From NCBI GenBank assembly GCA_020137815.1, contig CM035350.1:2170001-2234000 (forward strand): DNA of 64,000 bases. The letters are read 5' to 3'. Position numbers and translations under genes: made by a program. Within the stretch, counting starts at the first letter, position 1, and each line of letters starts with the position of its first letter. A model generated the notes under the pieces. It saw only the letters and a program-made list of their open reading frames with translations, was not told the origin of the DNA and did no database searches. Shown one piece after another: positions 1 through 53,400 of this stretch. Origin of the DNA: Hormiphora californensis (Eukaryota > Animalia > Ctenophora).

Positions 1-642
1 TCCCTGAAGAAGGCCCTGAAGGAGATCAAGACCTACATGGACGCCAACAGGGACTCTGTAGTGTCCATGAGGATCAAGAGATACTACCCAAATACCAGGG
101 AGATCAGAGATCACCTGATTAGAACTCTACAACCCACATTTGACAGCGTCTTTGGGGAGGATGGAGTCCAGCCCACCTTCTACTTCACACTGAAACCCCT
201 GAGCTACATGGTAGAGAGCAATGAGAGGATGGTCATCTATCTCGCCCACGACTTCTGGGGTAGACTCGAGACCGACTTCAGGACCGCTGCTTGGACCAAT
301 GTGTTTGAGACCCCTGAGGGTGTGTACGGGTACAGCAACTGCCACAACCCTAACCAGCTTTCTGAGGACATTGTGCACATGGATGGAATCAACAAGAGGC
401 AGATCCCTCTGTGCGTCAACTGGTGGGTAACCTCTGGTCAGTGTATGAGCTCTAGTGGTCCAGTGTGTACCGATACTGCCGCTAATGATCTGAAGATTGT
501 AGCTCAGAAGGTCCTGGATGGAACCCACCTACACCGGGGGGTTAACTTTGTGCTGGCTGATTATGTCAGTGATAAGTATGTGGGAGTGGTCCAGGAGATC
601 AACAGGAAGGCCGTGGCATACTACAAGAACCGGCCCTGGTAA
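1..642 (+). CDS. 3' part of a PLC-like phosphodiesterase (PI-PLC X-domain-like) protein, 5' end outside window
   Basis: Frame is open from base 1 (SLKKALKEIKTYMDANRDSVVSM...) to TAA at 640-642 with coding-like codon use. The motifs LKEIKTYMDANRDSVV and VNFVLADYV resemble PLC-like phosphodiesterase TIM-barrel proteins. AATAAA follows at about 743. Confidence 0.6.
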   Translation, partial: SLKKALKEIKTYMDANRDSVVSMRIKRYYPNTREIRDHLIRTLQPTFDSVFGEDGVQPTFYFTLKPLSYMVESNERMVIYLAHDFWGRLETDFRTAAWTNVFETPEGVYGYSNCHNPNQLSEDIVHMDGINKRQIPLCVNWWVTSGQCMSSSGPVCTDTAANDLKIVAQKVLDGTHLHRGVNFVLADYVSDKYVGVVQEINRKAVAYYKNRPW

Positions 643-1118
643 AATGATATTCTTGAAATTACTGCAATTGGACCGACCTTGATAAGCAAGATATATGAGG
701 GGTTTACCGTCCACATTCCTGTAATTTTAAAGAAACAAAGAAAATAAACGTGGTTTTTATTCGTAAAATCTGCACAACACATCCCTCTCTGAATTCATGT
801 CAGTGTCTGAAACAATAACAGTCACATTAATATAGCACTGAAATGAATAGGATATAAATAAAATGTAGTTTTTCCCTCTCTTTTCTCTCTGTCTATCATA
901 ATTAATTCAACTTTAAACAGCTGTACATAATAATAAGGGGTTTCCCGGGGGGAAACGCGGAAAACAATTTATAATTTATTAATTTTTGGGGGCGGGGTTA
1001 GATTTGATAAATAAAAGAAGAGTCACTTGGGCAGCACTGGATAGTCTCTGACAGTTTGCATGTTTGGTTGGAGGGGTTACCATGGTAACCAAGTGTAGTT
1101 ACCATAGTAACTGGATGT

Positions 1119-1489
1119 TCACAGCTCTACTGACTCAAATGTGTCGTCCGGAAGAACGTAGTCTGTCACACCGTCTTCTCCGCGTACAGCGTAGTATTCG
1201 GGGTTTATCTGAATTCAAGGGGTGTTGTTAGTTTGGGGAGAAGGGTAGTTAGTGGAACACAAACTCGGAGTTTATAGGCAAGGGTAAAAACAGGAAATCA
1301 CAGGAGTTTTAATTACCTTCCATCTCAGGTTTTGTCCCTCGGATCGTCGTTTGAAGAGCTTTCCTATTCCTGATTGTTTACCTCCTTTTCCTTTCTTATC
1401 TAATCCTGCTCCTCCTCCTTTCTGCAAACACAAGGAGGGGAATTAGAGCCGTGTTGGACACACAAACAAACTCATAACCCTAGGTTCTC

Positions 1490-1529
<40 letters not shown>

Positions 1530-4500
1530 CCATGTATCTCTCTCTTTCAGACTGAAATTGCAGGAGGGCTGTCCTTATCAAACAAATCCAGACATGAAAT
1601 GCACCCTTGAAAACTGCATACGGGACCAATGGAATGGAATTGGAAAGTAGAACTAATTAGCTCTCACTAATTAATTATAATTAACTCTCACCTCGCTGCC
1701 CCGATCTGATCCCGGCTGAGTTGAGGGAACTTGGACGGAGTGTCTGCCTAGTGGGGCCTCATACCGCTCACTCTTCGCATTATAGATCCTCACCCTACTA
1801 ACAGCAGGGGGTGGGGGAGGGGCTGTTCCTCTCACACTTGTCTGGGGCAAGTTATCCGCTGTTTTCCTACTCATCATACCCCGGAGTAGCTTGCTATTGA
1901 GACAACTGTTCTGCTTGCTCTTATTTCCCCAGCCTGACAATCGAAACAGTCCGCTGGGCTTCTTTCCCTTGAGAAGAGGTGTGACAGAGGCAACGCTGTC
2001 TGCCGAGATGTTCCGACCTTCCTTCCGTCGGGGCGTACAGAACAAACTGTGGGGAGGGAGCAGGGGTGTCATAATAGGATAATGCCAACACATACCACAT
2101 GTTCCTCGACCCGCCCCACATGTGTAAAAAGGGTTACAAGTTAAAATATCTCATACCTGTAGCAGGATTGTTGGGTGGGTGGTTTGAGAGGTGTGGGGGC
2201 ATTAGCCATGCTCTGATCCTCTACCTCCCAGTAGATATTCTCCTTATCTTCTTCTGTTATATCTTCCTGGGATCTGCTCCTTCGTACTATCTGTGTGGAG
2301 TAGAAGAGGGTTAGCACTGCACCATTAATATTACTATTTGAAATATTTCCCCTCTTTTCTACCCCCTCCCCTATACTACTCCCTCTAATATCAGATCACA
2401 TCCTTCTCGTCATACCTTGGTGGGTACTTGGTACTCCACATCGTTGAAGATCACTACTGACTTCACCAGGGACTTCACCGCAGGGTCATTAGGGATGGGC
2501 TTTACAGTGTGAGCTGCTGTCTTTACCACAAACGGTGATGTCGCTCTACTGACCGTCTTGTTGTCAGCTGAAAGGTGGTCTGTTATAATATGTTGTCTAG
2601 GGGTAGCTGTTTGTAGTAATGTTGTTGTTTAGTGTTACTGCTGGTCGACTACGTTTAGCTGTACAACTTTTAGGGGTAAGGTACCTTCAAAGAAGTGGTT
2701 GGGAGGTCCGTTGTTGTTGCCAGTGCTGGTGGAGACTGTGTCTGATTGGATCGCTTCAGTGGGTATGGTGGGTGACGTTACCGCGTTCTTCGTACTGTGA
2801 TACCCCGCAGGAGGAGGGGGATGGGGATGAGGTTCCTCATCACTCGCCCTGTAGAGAGAGGAAGGGGTTAGAGACAGATCGAGGTTGGGTCCGGGTTACA
2901 GATAGATAGAGAAAATGGAAAGATTAAAGGCCGGGCGCTTCAATAAGATACTTTCTTGATGGAATATGTTTCTTGTTTGTCTTTCTGTGTTCATGAACTC
3001 TGTAAGGAATTAGATTGGAGCCTCTGGACGCGATAATTAGTACTGCAGAAATAGCCCTCACAACAAGAATCCGTGTCTGTTTGTTTGTGTGTGTCTGTTT
3101 GTGTGTGTGTGCCCATGTGTGACACATTTTTCCAGAGTGTTGCAGTGGACCAAATATTGACGCATATATTTTTCGCATACACCCGTTCACATGTCCTTCC
3201 TGCTACAGCACATTCCAGTTGGTGGGGTGTGTTTGTCCGTGCGTGTGGAAAATGGAGATACTGTCTCGAGTGAGTTTATGTCAGGAATTTTCCCTTTCTA
3301 TCTCCCTCTCTCTCAACTACTGAGTGAATAATTAGCTGTCTTGTTATATACCGGCAAATTGAGAAGCAGAGAGAAACAGGCATTATATGCTAAATTTAGG
3401 AACATTTTTGCAGCAGTTGCAGGGAAGACTTGCAGGAGACGTGTGAACAGAAGTGGCCTACTTTTCCTAGCGGTAGTAACAAGTGCGATAGCTGTCATTT
3501 ATTGGAAAACAATAAAACAGTGGCAACGTGAGACAGTCAATACTGTGTGTTGTGTGATACTGATGTGTTGGCTCATACAATGAATTATGAGAATATTGTA
3601 AGAACATACAGTGTGACTTGTTCAATCTCTCTCACAAACAAAGAAGGGCAATAGGTTATCATGGTGTTTACCTGAGAGATGGAGCGGAGGCAGAGGATGA
3701 GAGAACTGCTTCGGAGGAGTATGCTCTCGTTCTCTCTCTTGATCCCTTTCCAAACGATCCTATATGCTGTAAAGAAGAAGGGTGGTTAGAGAGAGCTCAG
3801 AGCAAACACCATCGCGCATATTATAACACAACTAGGATTATTTGTGTTCATTCAGCCAATTAAAAGTTGGCATTCTTACGGGGAAGTAAAGCTGAGGAAG
3901 GGGAGATGGGATGTCTGAGTTGATAGTAAGGGGAAGGAGGGACGGTCTTGAGTGGACGGGGCTGCATCCCTTGCACGCACATCCTCCCGGGGTCATAGCC
4001 TTCTTCATCCGGATACTACTGTACATTCCGCCCTGACACTCGCACATCCGGTGATGAGGAAGATGGGGTGGTGGATGGGGCTTCCCTCCTCCTCCGTAGT
4101 AACCTCCCATCTTCTGAGGTGGGGAGAGAGTGGTTATTACAACATTCTGTACGGGCTGTGCGAGAACAAGTCAACACTTCATGCAGCAATCATGACTCTG
4201 ATTTAAAACCATCTGGAATTGCTTCATGAAAGTTGAAACTTACCTGGTGGTGATTGTGGCGGCACCCTCCCCCACAGCCACTGCTACCGTAGTGTTGTTG
4301 TTGTTGGGTGGCGTACTCGTACTCACTGTTGCCATGGTAACACCCTGGGTGGTGTCTATGGTGACACCCACCACCCCCACCTCGGTGTGGAGGAGGTGGA
4401 GGAGGTCCTCGCTGCTCGTAACATAACTTATCGTATGGGGTTCCTTGGTCCCAGGCAAACATACCACCTCGACCCTGTAGGGAGGGGAGAGAGGGGTTAT

Positions 4501-4818
4501 TTCCGGTACGTTATCCCCCGCTAAGGATCGTTATACCGGACCAGTGTTTGATTGGGGGGAAAGTTATATTGAGGAGGAAATTAGTGAAGGTTGATTGGTG
4601 AGTAGGGGCCGGGGATGATGATTGATTATATAGCGGAAGTTTATTTAGTTAACTCTATTGTTTGACAAGGGTGGTAATTAGAAGAAGGGACATGTATGGA
4701 TTCCTTTGATACCCTACCTGGTTTGAACACACTTCACACATCATGGCTTCACACATCAACACATCATCATGGCTTCATCCAGGTCTTCCCCCCCCCCCGT
4801 TATGTCTCACATTCTCAC

Positions 4819-4883
<65 letters not shown>

Positions 4884-4991
4884 GATGAAATCCGTGGTAA
4901 ATGTGATAGATGAGACGTAGGGTGGAGTCAGCTACGAGCTGGCAGAAATCCACTTTCCTGCTCTCTATCTCTCTCTATCCATCTCTCTCTA

Positions 4992-5055
<64 letters not shown>

Positions 5056-5870
5056 ACCTCGGGAGTATTGGACGAGAAAATCTTGCTGCATCCATCACTG
5101 CAATTCGGTGTATGTTTCTCCAGAAATCTTGAACAGCTACTACTGCTCTGAAAACAGAGAGATGGTGGGGAGTGATTAATGATAATTTGAGATGTTGCTA
5201 ATGGAAGGCAGTGGGTGGGGTCATAACTCTTGAGCTGGTAAGTGGTACAAAATGGAGATAACCGTTTAGCGTTCACTTAGCTCACAATTGTCGAGTTTTT
5301 ACTAAGGCTCAGTTGCTGTTAATGCAGATAGTCCATTGTTCACCATATAACATATTATATCAATTACAAAGTCGGGATGGAGGGAGCTAATCGATTGTCA
5401 TTTAGAGCAAGGTAGGAAGAGACAATATAATTATGGAGCTAAAAAGGCCCACACTACATTAATACAGCCAATTGCTCCCCCTGAATATTATGCGAGGACC
5501 AAAAGGTTAGGCTACAAGATCATTTACATTATCTAGTTGTCTTCTTCAGGTTGTCTTCTACGGACAGCAATATGACGACAAGGAACACCTTAATTATGAA
5601 CAATGGACGTCCACTCTTTCTCTTGACTCCTATACTTCAGCATACCGGAAAGGACTGCTCGTTTTCAACAAATAAAGTCTCAAAAAAGAAAGAAACATTC
5701 AGAGCACAGGATGATCTATAACATACCTGTGATGATTGGAGGGAGTTTGCAGATAGTGGCGGAGTCAGGACACCCCCTGCTGGTTCCCACCAGGGAAAGG
5801 GCTGCTCGTAGGAAGGGGCTCCGTGCTGTTTACGGGTGGCAGAATGATGACAGTGTCTCTTATCCATCAT
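1119..5870 (-). CDS. Uncharacterised low-complexity (Pro/Gly/His/Ser-rich) protein, about 567 aa, 10 coding exons
   Basis: Phase-consistent GT-AG exons: 5870-5727, 4474-4244, 4113-3880, 3766-3672, 2848-2685, 2567-2416, 2290-2157, 2046-1692, 1421-1317, 1208-1119 (1704 nt). The protein ends ...INPEYYAVRGEDGVTDYVLPDDTFESVEL*. No domain recognised; the start codon is uncertain. Confidence 0.75.
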
Positions 5871-6931
5871 AATGGGGTCATATCTGGAGAAATAAGAGGG
5901 GACACTGTAAAAACAAAGTAAGATAGGATTAACAAAACAAAAGAGAACTGTACAGTGGTTTAAGCAATTGCCTGACAGGGTTCACATGATGTGGTGGGGG
6001 GTGACAGATATAGGAACGATGAGGAAATAAAAAAAAAAAAAAAAAAAAAAAAAAAACTGTACAGTGGTGATGGGAAACAAAGCAAGCAACTGTTTTGGAA
6101 GAACTGGTTTCCAATCACGGGGGTACTGGACTAAATCCCTCGCATGCACTCATCAAGATACACAGCAGGGAGACAGGTGGGAGCAAGTACCCTCGTTAGA
6201 ATAAACATGCGGGTCAAAACCCAATCAGAACAGCCGGGGCTGTCTCCGGGTACTGAGGGCTCTAAAAATCAAGGATGAGAGAGAGAGTGGGGGGAATATG
6301 TATGGGTGAACCCTGAAGCGATTACAAGACTGGAGAGAGAAGAGAGATCACAATGGGTGATTCACCGACAAGCAGTAGTAGGAAGCAAGCAGGGCGTTAA
6401 GCAGCCCTCAGATAGTAGGGGAAATTGCTAAAATCGCATAGTGGGTGAGAGAGAGAGCTAACACACAGAGAGCGATACAGAGAGAGTGTCTAATTGGGTT
6501 CAGGGTGTGGGCTCAGTAAATGGTATCAAATTGTCATAGTGTATCCGGTGGTGATGGTGTGTGAGAGAACCTGGCACTAGAATAAGGAGTGGTTCGGGAA
6601 ATCGGGTTACAACAAAGCTCGCAGCAGTACAACAGAACGACCAACGGCTCACGAGTATAGAGCTGGAGCTACTACGCAGATAGAGAGAAAGGAAGGCAAA
6701 TTGAGAGATAAGAGATCGGATCTGGTGTGATATAGCATGTGAAACTCTAGCCTGGCTCTACATCTCGTATCTTGCGGGGGCGCTATAGAGAGGAACGATC
6801 ACGCCCCATCTCTACTCTTAGTTTCACACTTACTGCTGCAGCAGGGCAACACACACCGGCCATCTTGGCCGCTCCTTCTCTCTTTTGTTCTATATATTTT
6901 TTCTCTCTATCTCTCTCTCTCATCTCTCCAG

Positions 6932-47730
<40,799 letters not shown>

Positions 47731-50324
47731 GTGAGTAGTGTGTGCACGTGTCAGGATTGATACACGATAGTGTGTGTTTTTCAAGGCGCGACCAAGGCCT
47801 GGAAGTGTGTGTGTGCAATAAAATGTGTGTATCTAAAGAGATCGCCGATGATGGATGGCGAAGGAGGAAGGATGGGAGAGGGGGAGAGGGAAGGGAGGCA
47901 GAGGGAGAGGGAAGGGAGGGAGAGGGAGAGGGAAGAACGGGAGGGAGAGGGAGAGAAAGTGGAGAGAGAAAGAGATTTGCGTGCTGCTGTTCATATTGTT
48001 AGAAGCACGAGTGGGGATTGCCAAAAACAACAAAAAAAAAGGGGGGTGGGGGAAAAGCGGGGGGAAAGAAACCCCCCCCTTTTTTTTTTTTTTTTTTTTC
48101 CCCCCTTCTTTCCCCCTTTTTCCCTTTCCTCTCTCTCTTCCTCCCCTCCCCCTTCCCCTTCTCCCCCCTCCCTACCTTCTTTTTTTCCCCCCCTTCCCCT
48201 CTTTCCTTTTCCCCCCCCCAACCCCTCCTCCCCCCTCCCCATTTTTTTTTCCTCTTTTTTCCCCCCCTTTTAAAACCCTTTTTTAGGTTTTTTGAAGGAA
48301 AAAATTTAAAGGGGGATTTTAAAAACCCCAAAAACCAGAAAACCTTTGCCCAAAAAAACGATGGACTTTTTTAAATTTTTTTTAAACCCAAACTTTTAAA
48401 ATTTTTTTAAATTTGGGTAAAAAAAATTTTTTGCAGAGGAAAAAAAAATTTTAGGGGAAATTTTAAATTCCCAGGGAAAATTTTTTATTCCAATTGTTTT
48501 ATTTAAAAAGCTAAAATTTGGATTTTTTTTAAAAGGCTCAAACTCTCAATTAAAAACCTAAATGGGGGAGGGGGGGAAAAACCCGGGTTTTCAGCCGGGG
48601 GGGGAAATGGGATTTTGAAAAAGGGCCCAAATTTTCTGGCACAACTTTTTTCCCTGACCTCGAGGCGGGTATCTGTTATAACCCCCGGGTGGGGTTTGAT
48701 CGGGGGGGTTCCCCAGTTCCCTTGAATGGGTAAGGGGGTGCTCTACGGGGTTCCCGTCTGGGGGTTTACCAAAACTTTTGATAGAGGCGGAACCTTCCCA
48801 AGGGGCAAATGGGGAAAAAAACTTTTTAACAGATTCTCAGTTTGTCTTGTTGATTGGATCGGAGAGCTTCAGTGATTTCAGAAAACTGTGCCAGCACTGA
48901 AACTCTCCTGAATATCCCACTTGGGTTCTTTCAACAGCTGGAAAAAACGAGGGGGGAAGGGCGGGCCGAGAGGGGGCAGCTGGAGGAGGGGGCTCCTTTT
49001 TTAAAGCTCAACAAGACTAGCGGGGGCCGGGGTGAGGCGGGGGCAACAATGAGCTCTCTTGTCTAGAAAATCACCGTGCTAATTAGTGGTCCCGGGGAAA
49101 CCCCCCTGTATCCCAAAAAGGGAAGGAGGGGATGATTTTTGTTCCCGCCACTGGGGGGTCTCCCCCTCTTTTTTTGAAGAGGTGGAAGAAGCAAAGCCAC
49201 TAATTAGTGCGCTTTTTTCCCCAAGTGACCCCCTTTTTCTCCTCTCTTTCTTCTCCCTTTCCCTCCCCCTTCTCTCTCTCCTCTCTTCTCTCTCTCCTTT
49301 TTCTCTTTTCTCCCCCTCCCTCTCCCCTTCTCCCACCCTTTTTCTTTTTCCCCCCCCCTTTTTCTTTCCCATAAACCAGGCCCTCCCATTTTGACCCAAA
49401 AAAATAAAGGGGAAAAAAAGAAGAGGGAGGGAAGGGAGAGAAAAAAAGAGAGAGAGATGGAGAGAGAGAATGCTCCCCAATGCAATATAATTGACAAGCT
49501 CCTTCTTTGTAGTGGGGACCACTGAGAGCACTCGATGCATGGCACGTGATAGAGAGCAGTGCACATTTTGAATATTCCCGCCCTATAACACTGTGCTGAC
49601 AGGGCGAGCTGCATCTCCCACAGCAACCTCCTCCCCCCCCCCCCCCCCTCAGTTCCGGATATTTGTTTAGCTCCACTACCTATTGACACGGGGGCACGCA
49701 CCTCCTGTATCTCTCTTGTTATTGGGTGGGGGAACTACCTTAAAACACACGTTTCCTATTGAGTATTTTCACAACCAACAAAAAGGAGGGAAAATTTCCC
49801 GCCGAAAACCTGACAAGGGGTGCCGCGTAAACTTAAAGAGTGAATAAATGGATTAGACCAACGAGATGAATTAGGAACCAACAATGTATCCTCAGGGTTT
49901 TTTTTATTCATCCTACACGACCTCCTCATGGCCAACGACCCCCTTCCATTTTCACCCACATCTCTCTAGGCCAGTTTTATTAAAGCATTGTGTGGGGCCC
50001 CTTTAGTCCCAGGGGGTCCCCGGGCCCCAAAAAGTTGCCGCTTTTTTCCCCCATTATAAATCTCTGCTTTTCTCTGAAAGGGGTTTCTCCTTTGTTTTCC
50101 CAGGCCCCACCCTGAAATTTGCTGGAAGCATCTAAGGGGGGGGCCTGAGAAAGGGTTAGAGTTTTTGAGAGGGGCCCAAGGGGGGGTAATGGGGGGGGCC
50201 CTAAAAAGGGAAGTGGGGGCTGAAAGAAACAAAGACTTTTAATCACAGTCTTGTTTTCCAGCCAGGGTTGGGAAATTTAGGGATTTTTGGAAAAATTCGG
50301 GTTAGCCCCAGCTGATGTTGGGGT

Positions 50325-50430
50325 AGGTAGGACCAACATAAGGGGATTCTGTCAGGCATCACTTACAACCGGCTGACATAGGGGATTGGAAGGAAGGATT
50401 CGGCTCTGACTTCATCTACACCCGATTGAT
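50325..50430 (+). CDS. Possible terminal laminin alpha exon (end of LG5), frameshifted in this assembly
   Basis: Contains GILSGITYN...DWKEGFGSDFIYTR, which resembles an LG C-terminal strand. It lies in the corrupted region, so the reading frame is not reliable. Confidence 0.35.
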
Positions 50431-53400
50431 ATCATAGATAATGATGGTATTAATTCACTCACTCACCAATTCGTGTTGTTCATTTGCACGACACTCGTAT
50501 TGAAGGGGTGCTAGCTGCCAGGGATGTTGAAAGGTTTGGGGAAAAATTTAGTGTTGAACCCCGGGTTTAACCCATCCTCGGTCCAAAGGAAAAAAAATTT
50601 AAAATTTGGTAGGGATTTTTTGAAATTCTTTTCGATAACGGTTTCTTCCCCTTTTTTTTCCCTTTTTCCCCCAAAAAATTTTAGTTAAAGATTTCTTTAT
50701 TTTTCCCGAAAAATTTTTATTGGGGATTTCGATGGGGTATAATTAAACCCCCACAGAAAGGGGCCCCACAATATCAGCATTCCGTAGAAGTTCTCCAAAA
50801 TTTAAAAGGCCCCAAAAAAACCCAATTTCCTATTTTAAAAATAAAAAAGAATTTTTTGGGGGGGGTTTTCTTGAAGAAAGGCCCCGGGGGAGGGATTTTT
50901 TGGGGAAGCAACCATCCAAAAAAAAGGGGACCCAAATAAGAGGAAGGGGGGGGGAAAAAAGGAAAGGCAAGGGGGGGGAAAATATCCGGGGGGAGTAGGG
51001 GCTGTAGGAAAATTAAAAGGGCCCCAGAAGATAGCAAAAAAGGGCAGGGCGGGAAAAATTTTAGAAACCCAAAAAAGGCCTTTAATTGGGGCTCCTAGTC
51101 TCTTCTTTATAGCTATTCTCGTTTTCTTCTTCTCTCTTTTCTTTCTCTCCTTCTCTCTCCTCCCTCCAGCAGTGCCCGTTTTCTCTCTCTTTATTTTCCT
51201 CTCTTTCCACAGTATCACTCCTCAAAAAAAACCAGGGGGAAACCCCAAATCCCTTTCAGGGACCCTCTCTGGGAGGAGAGAGAGGCTTCCCTTTCCCTTT
51301 GCTTGCTTGCTTTCTCGTTACGAAATCCCAAAAATGTTTTTTTCCCCCCCAAAATTTCCCCTTTTCTTCCCAACTTGGGGCTTTTGTTGATTTGAGGGAA
51401 ATTTGCCTTCCTTCCCTGAAAAAACCGTCACTGCATGACCATGACTGAGGGAGGAGGGGGGTTGCGATATATTTTCCCCCCCAATCGCTCACGCTGGGTT
51501 TGTACTGCAGGTCACGTTTTTCCTGGTGATGTCTCACGTGCGACGCGCGCACAGGTCACGTGACCCTATAGCGCGCGTCCCTTTTGGCTAGGGGACCCTT
51601 AAATTTATACGGGTTAAGGGGGGAGCTGCACTGGTCCATTTCTGTCAATTTTTGTGGCGTAGTTTGATTCACTTTTTTGTAAAACCCTTTTTTCGGTCCC
51701 AGCAAAAAAATTGTTAAGCGGAAAAAGCTCACTCGGAAAGGTGTTCGGGTGGCGGATCCCCCTTATGCCCCCAAATTTCCCAGCACCAGAAAATTGACCC
51801 ATTTTTAAAAAAACTAAAAAGCTCCCTCCCCCCCCTTTTCTGCTAAAGCTCCCAGAAAGGGACCCCTTTGTGGTCCCCTGACACCCGGAAATATCATCTC
51901 CTAGGGGTGACGGGGAACCCCAGAATTTTCCCAATTGTCCCTAAAAGAGAGTAAATTTCAAACCCTCAAGTTTTTAAAACATGTTGTATTCATGTGGGGG
52001 AAAAAAAAAACGGCCCCCTTGGTCTTAAAGGGACGCGACCCCCCTTCCCAAACCCTTCAAAAAACGGGGGGGGTTAAAAGCGGGAATTTGGGGGTTAGGG
52101 GGGCGTTGAGGGAAAGAGAAAGAGGGGCGGGTAGGTTTTTTGGGAAGTCTTTAATTTAAAACCGGATAAAAAAAACCTTAAAATGGGTGATCCTGCCCCT
52201 TCCCAAAACCAAAAATGCTTTCAAGCGACGATGGAAAACGTCACCCCCCGGGGGCCAAGGGGTGTCAAGTTATTCGGATCGCCAAGTGATCTGCCTCAAA
52301 CCCAAGAAAATTTGTTTATTGCTTTGGTTGGGGGGGGAAAAAGCAGGGGGGGGGGTGGGGGAAAAAGGGGCCACGGGAAAAAGGACAAAAAGACAATAGG
52401 AAGGGGGGGGGGGAAAGACATCGCCACAGGGGAAAGAAAAACCCAAGAATTAAAATTTTCCCCATTATTAATTTTTTAATTCTTTTTTTGGGGAGTAGGG
52501 GGGATATTAATTTGGGTGTTGATCCCAGGGGGGCCGCGAGGAAAATGGTTCCTTTTTTCATAAACTTTTTTGGCGGGGGTTTTGGGGAAAAAAAGAAACC
52601 CAAAAACCCTTGGGAAAAAGCTCCCTTTATTTCCCCCCTTTTTTTTTCCGGGGGGGGAGAAAATTAAAATTAGAGAGGGGGGGGGGGGCCAAAGAGAGAA
52701 GAAAATTTGTTTTTAGAGGGGATTTTTTAAAAGGGGTTTCCCCAAACCCCCAAAAAATCACCTTATTGTGTTAATTTATGATTTTTTAGCGGATTTTTTA
52801 GGGGTGCGAAGGTGTTTATGTTAATGTCAATGTAGCTCTTTTCTTAGATAAATTTAGGGGGGTTTTAAAACCCCCCCCGTAAAAAATTTTAAAGGGAAAA
52901 GGAAAAAAAGGAAAAAAAAAGGGGGGGGAAGGGAAAAGGAAAGGGAAAAAAAAGGGGAAAAAAAAAATTAACCACCACACAAGGGGGGAAAGATGAGGAT
53001 AAACAAAAATGGAGACGGCGAAGAAAAAGCGCGCCGGGGGGTTTAGAGGGGGAGGGAAAAAAACGAGAGAAAGGGGGATTTCCGCTCTTTCCCTCTCTTT
53101 CTTCTCTCTTTTCCCCCTCTAATTCTCCCCCCCAAATTTCTTAAAACCTTTTGGTGGGGGTTTTTCTAAATCCTTTTATTCCCTTTTCCTTCCCCATCCC
53201 CAAATTTTAACCACCCACAAAAAGAGGGGCCCCCAAAGGAAAGCATTTTTGGGGGGGAGGGGTTTGGTTACTTTGGGTCCCGCCCCCTTCTTCCTTTTGA
53301 AAGTGTTAGGAGGAAGGATGGAAAGGCCCGGGGAAGCTCTATAAGGTTTTGGTGGCAATTCCCGGCCCCCAATAGGGGACTCCAAAAAAATCCCGGGACC

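Noticed and set aside
5123-5675. Possible small plus-strand gene inside the first intron of the minus-strand gene (exon-like pieces at about 5123-5163 and 5550-5675)
   Set aside because: No phase-compatible start exon and no recognisable product.
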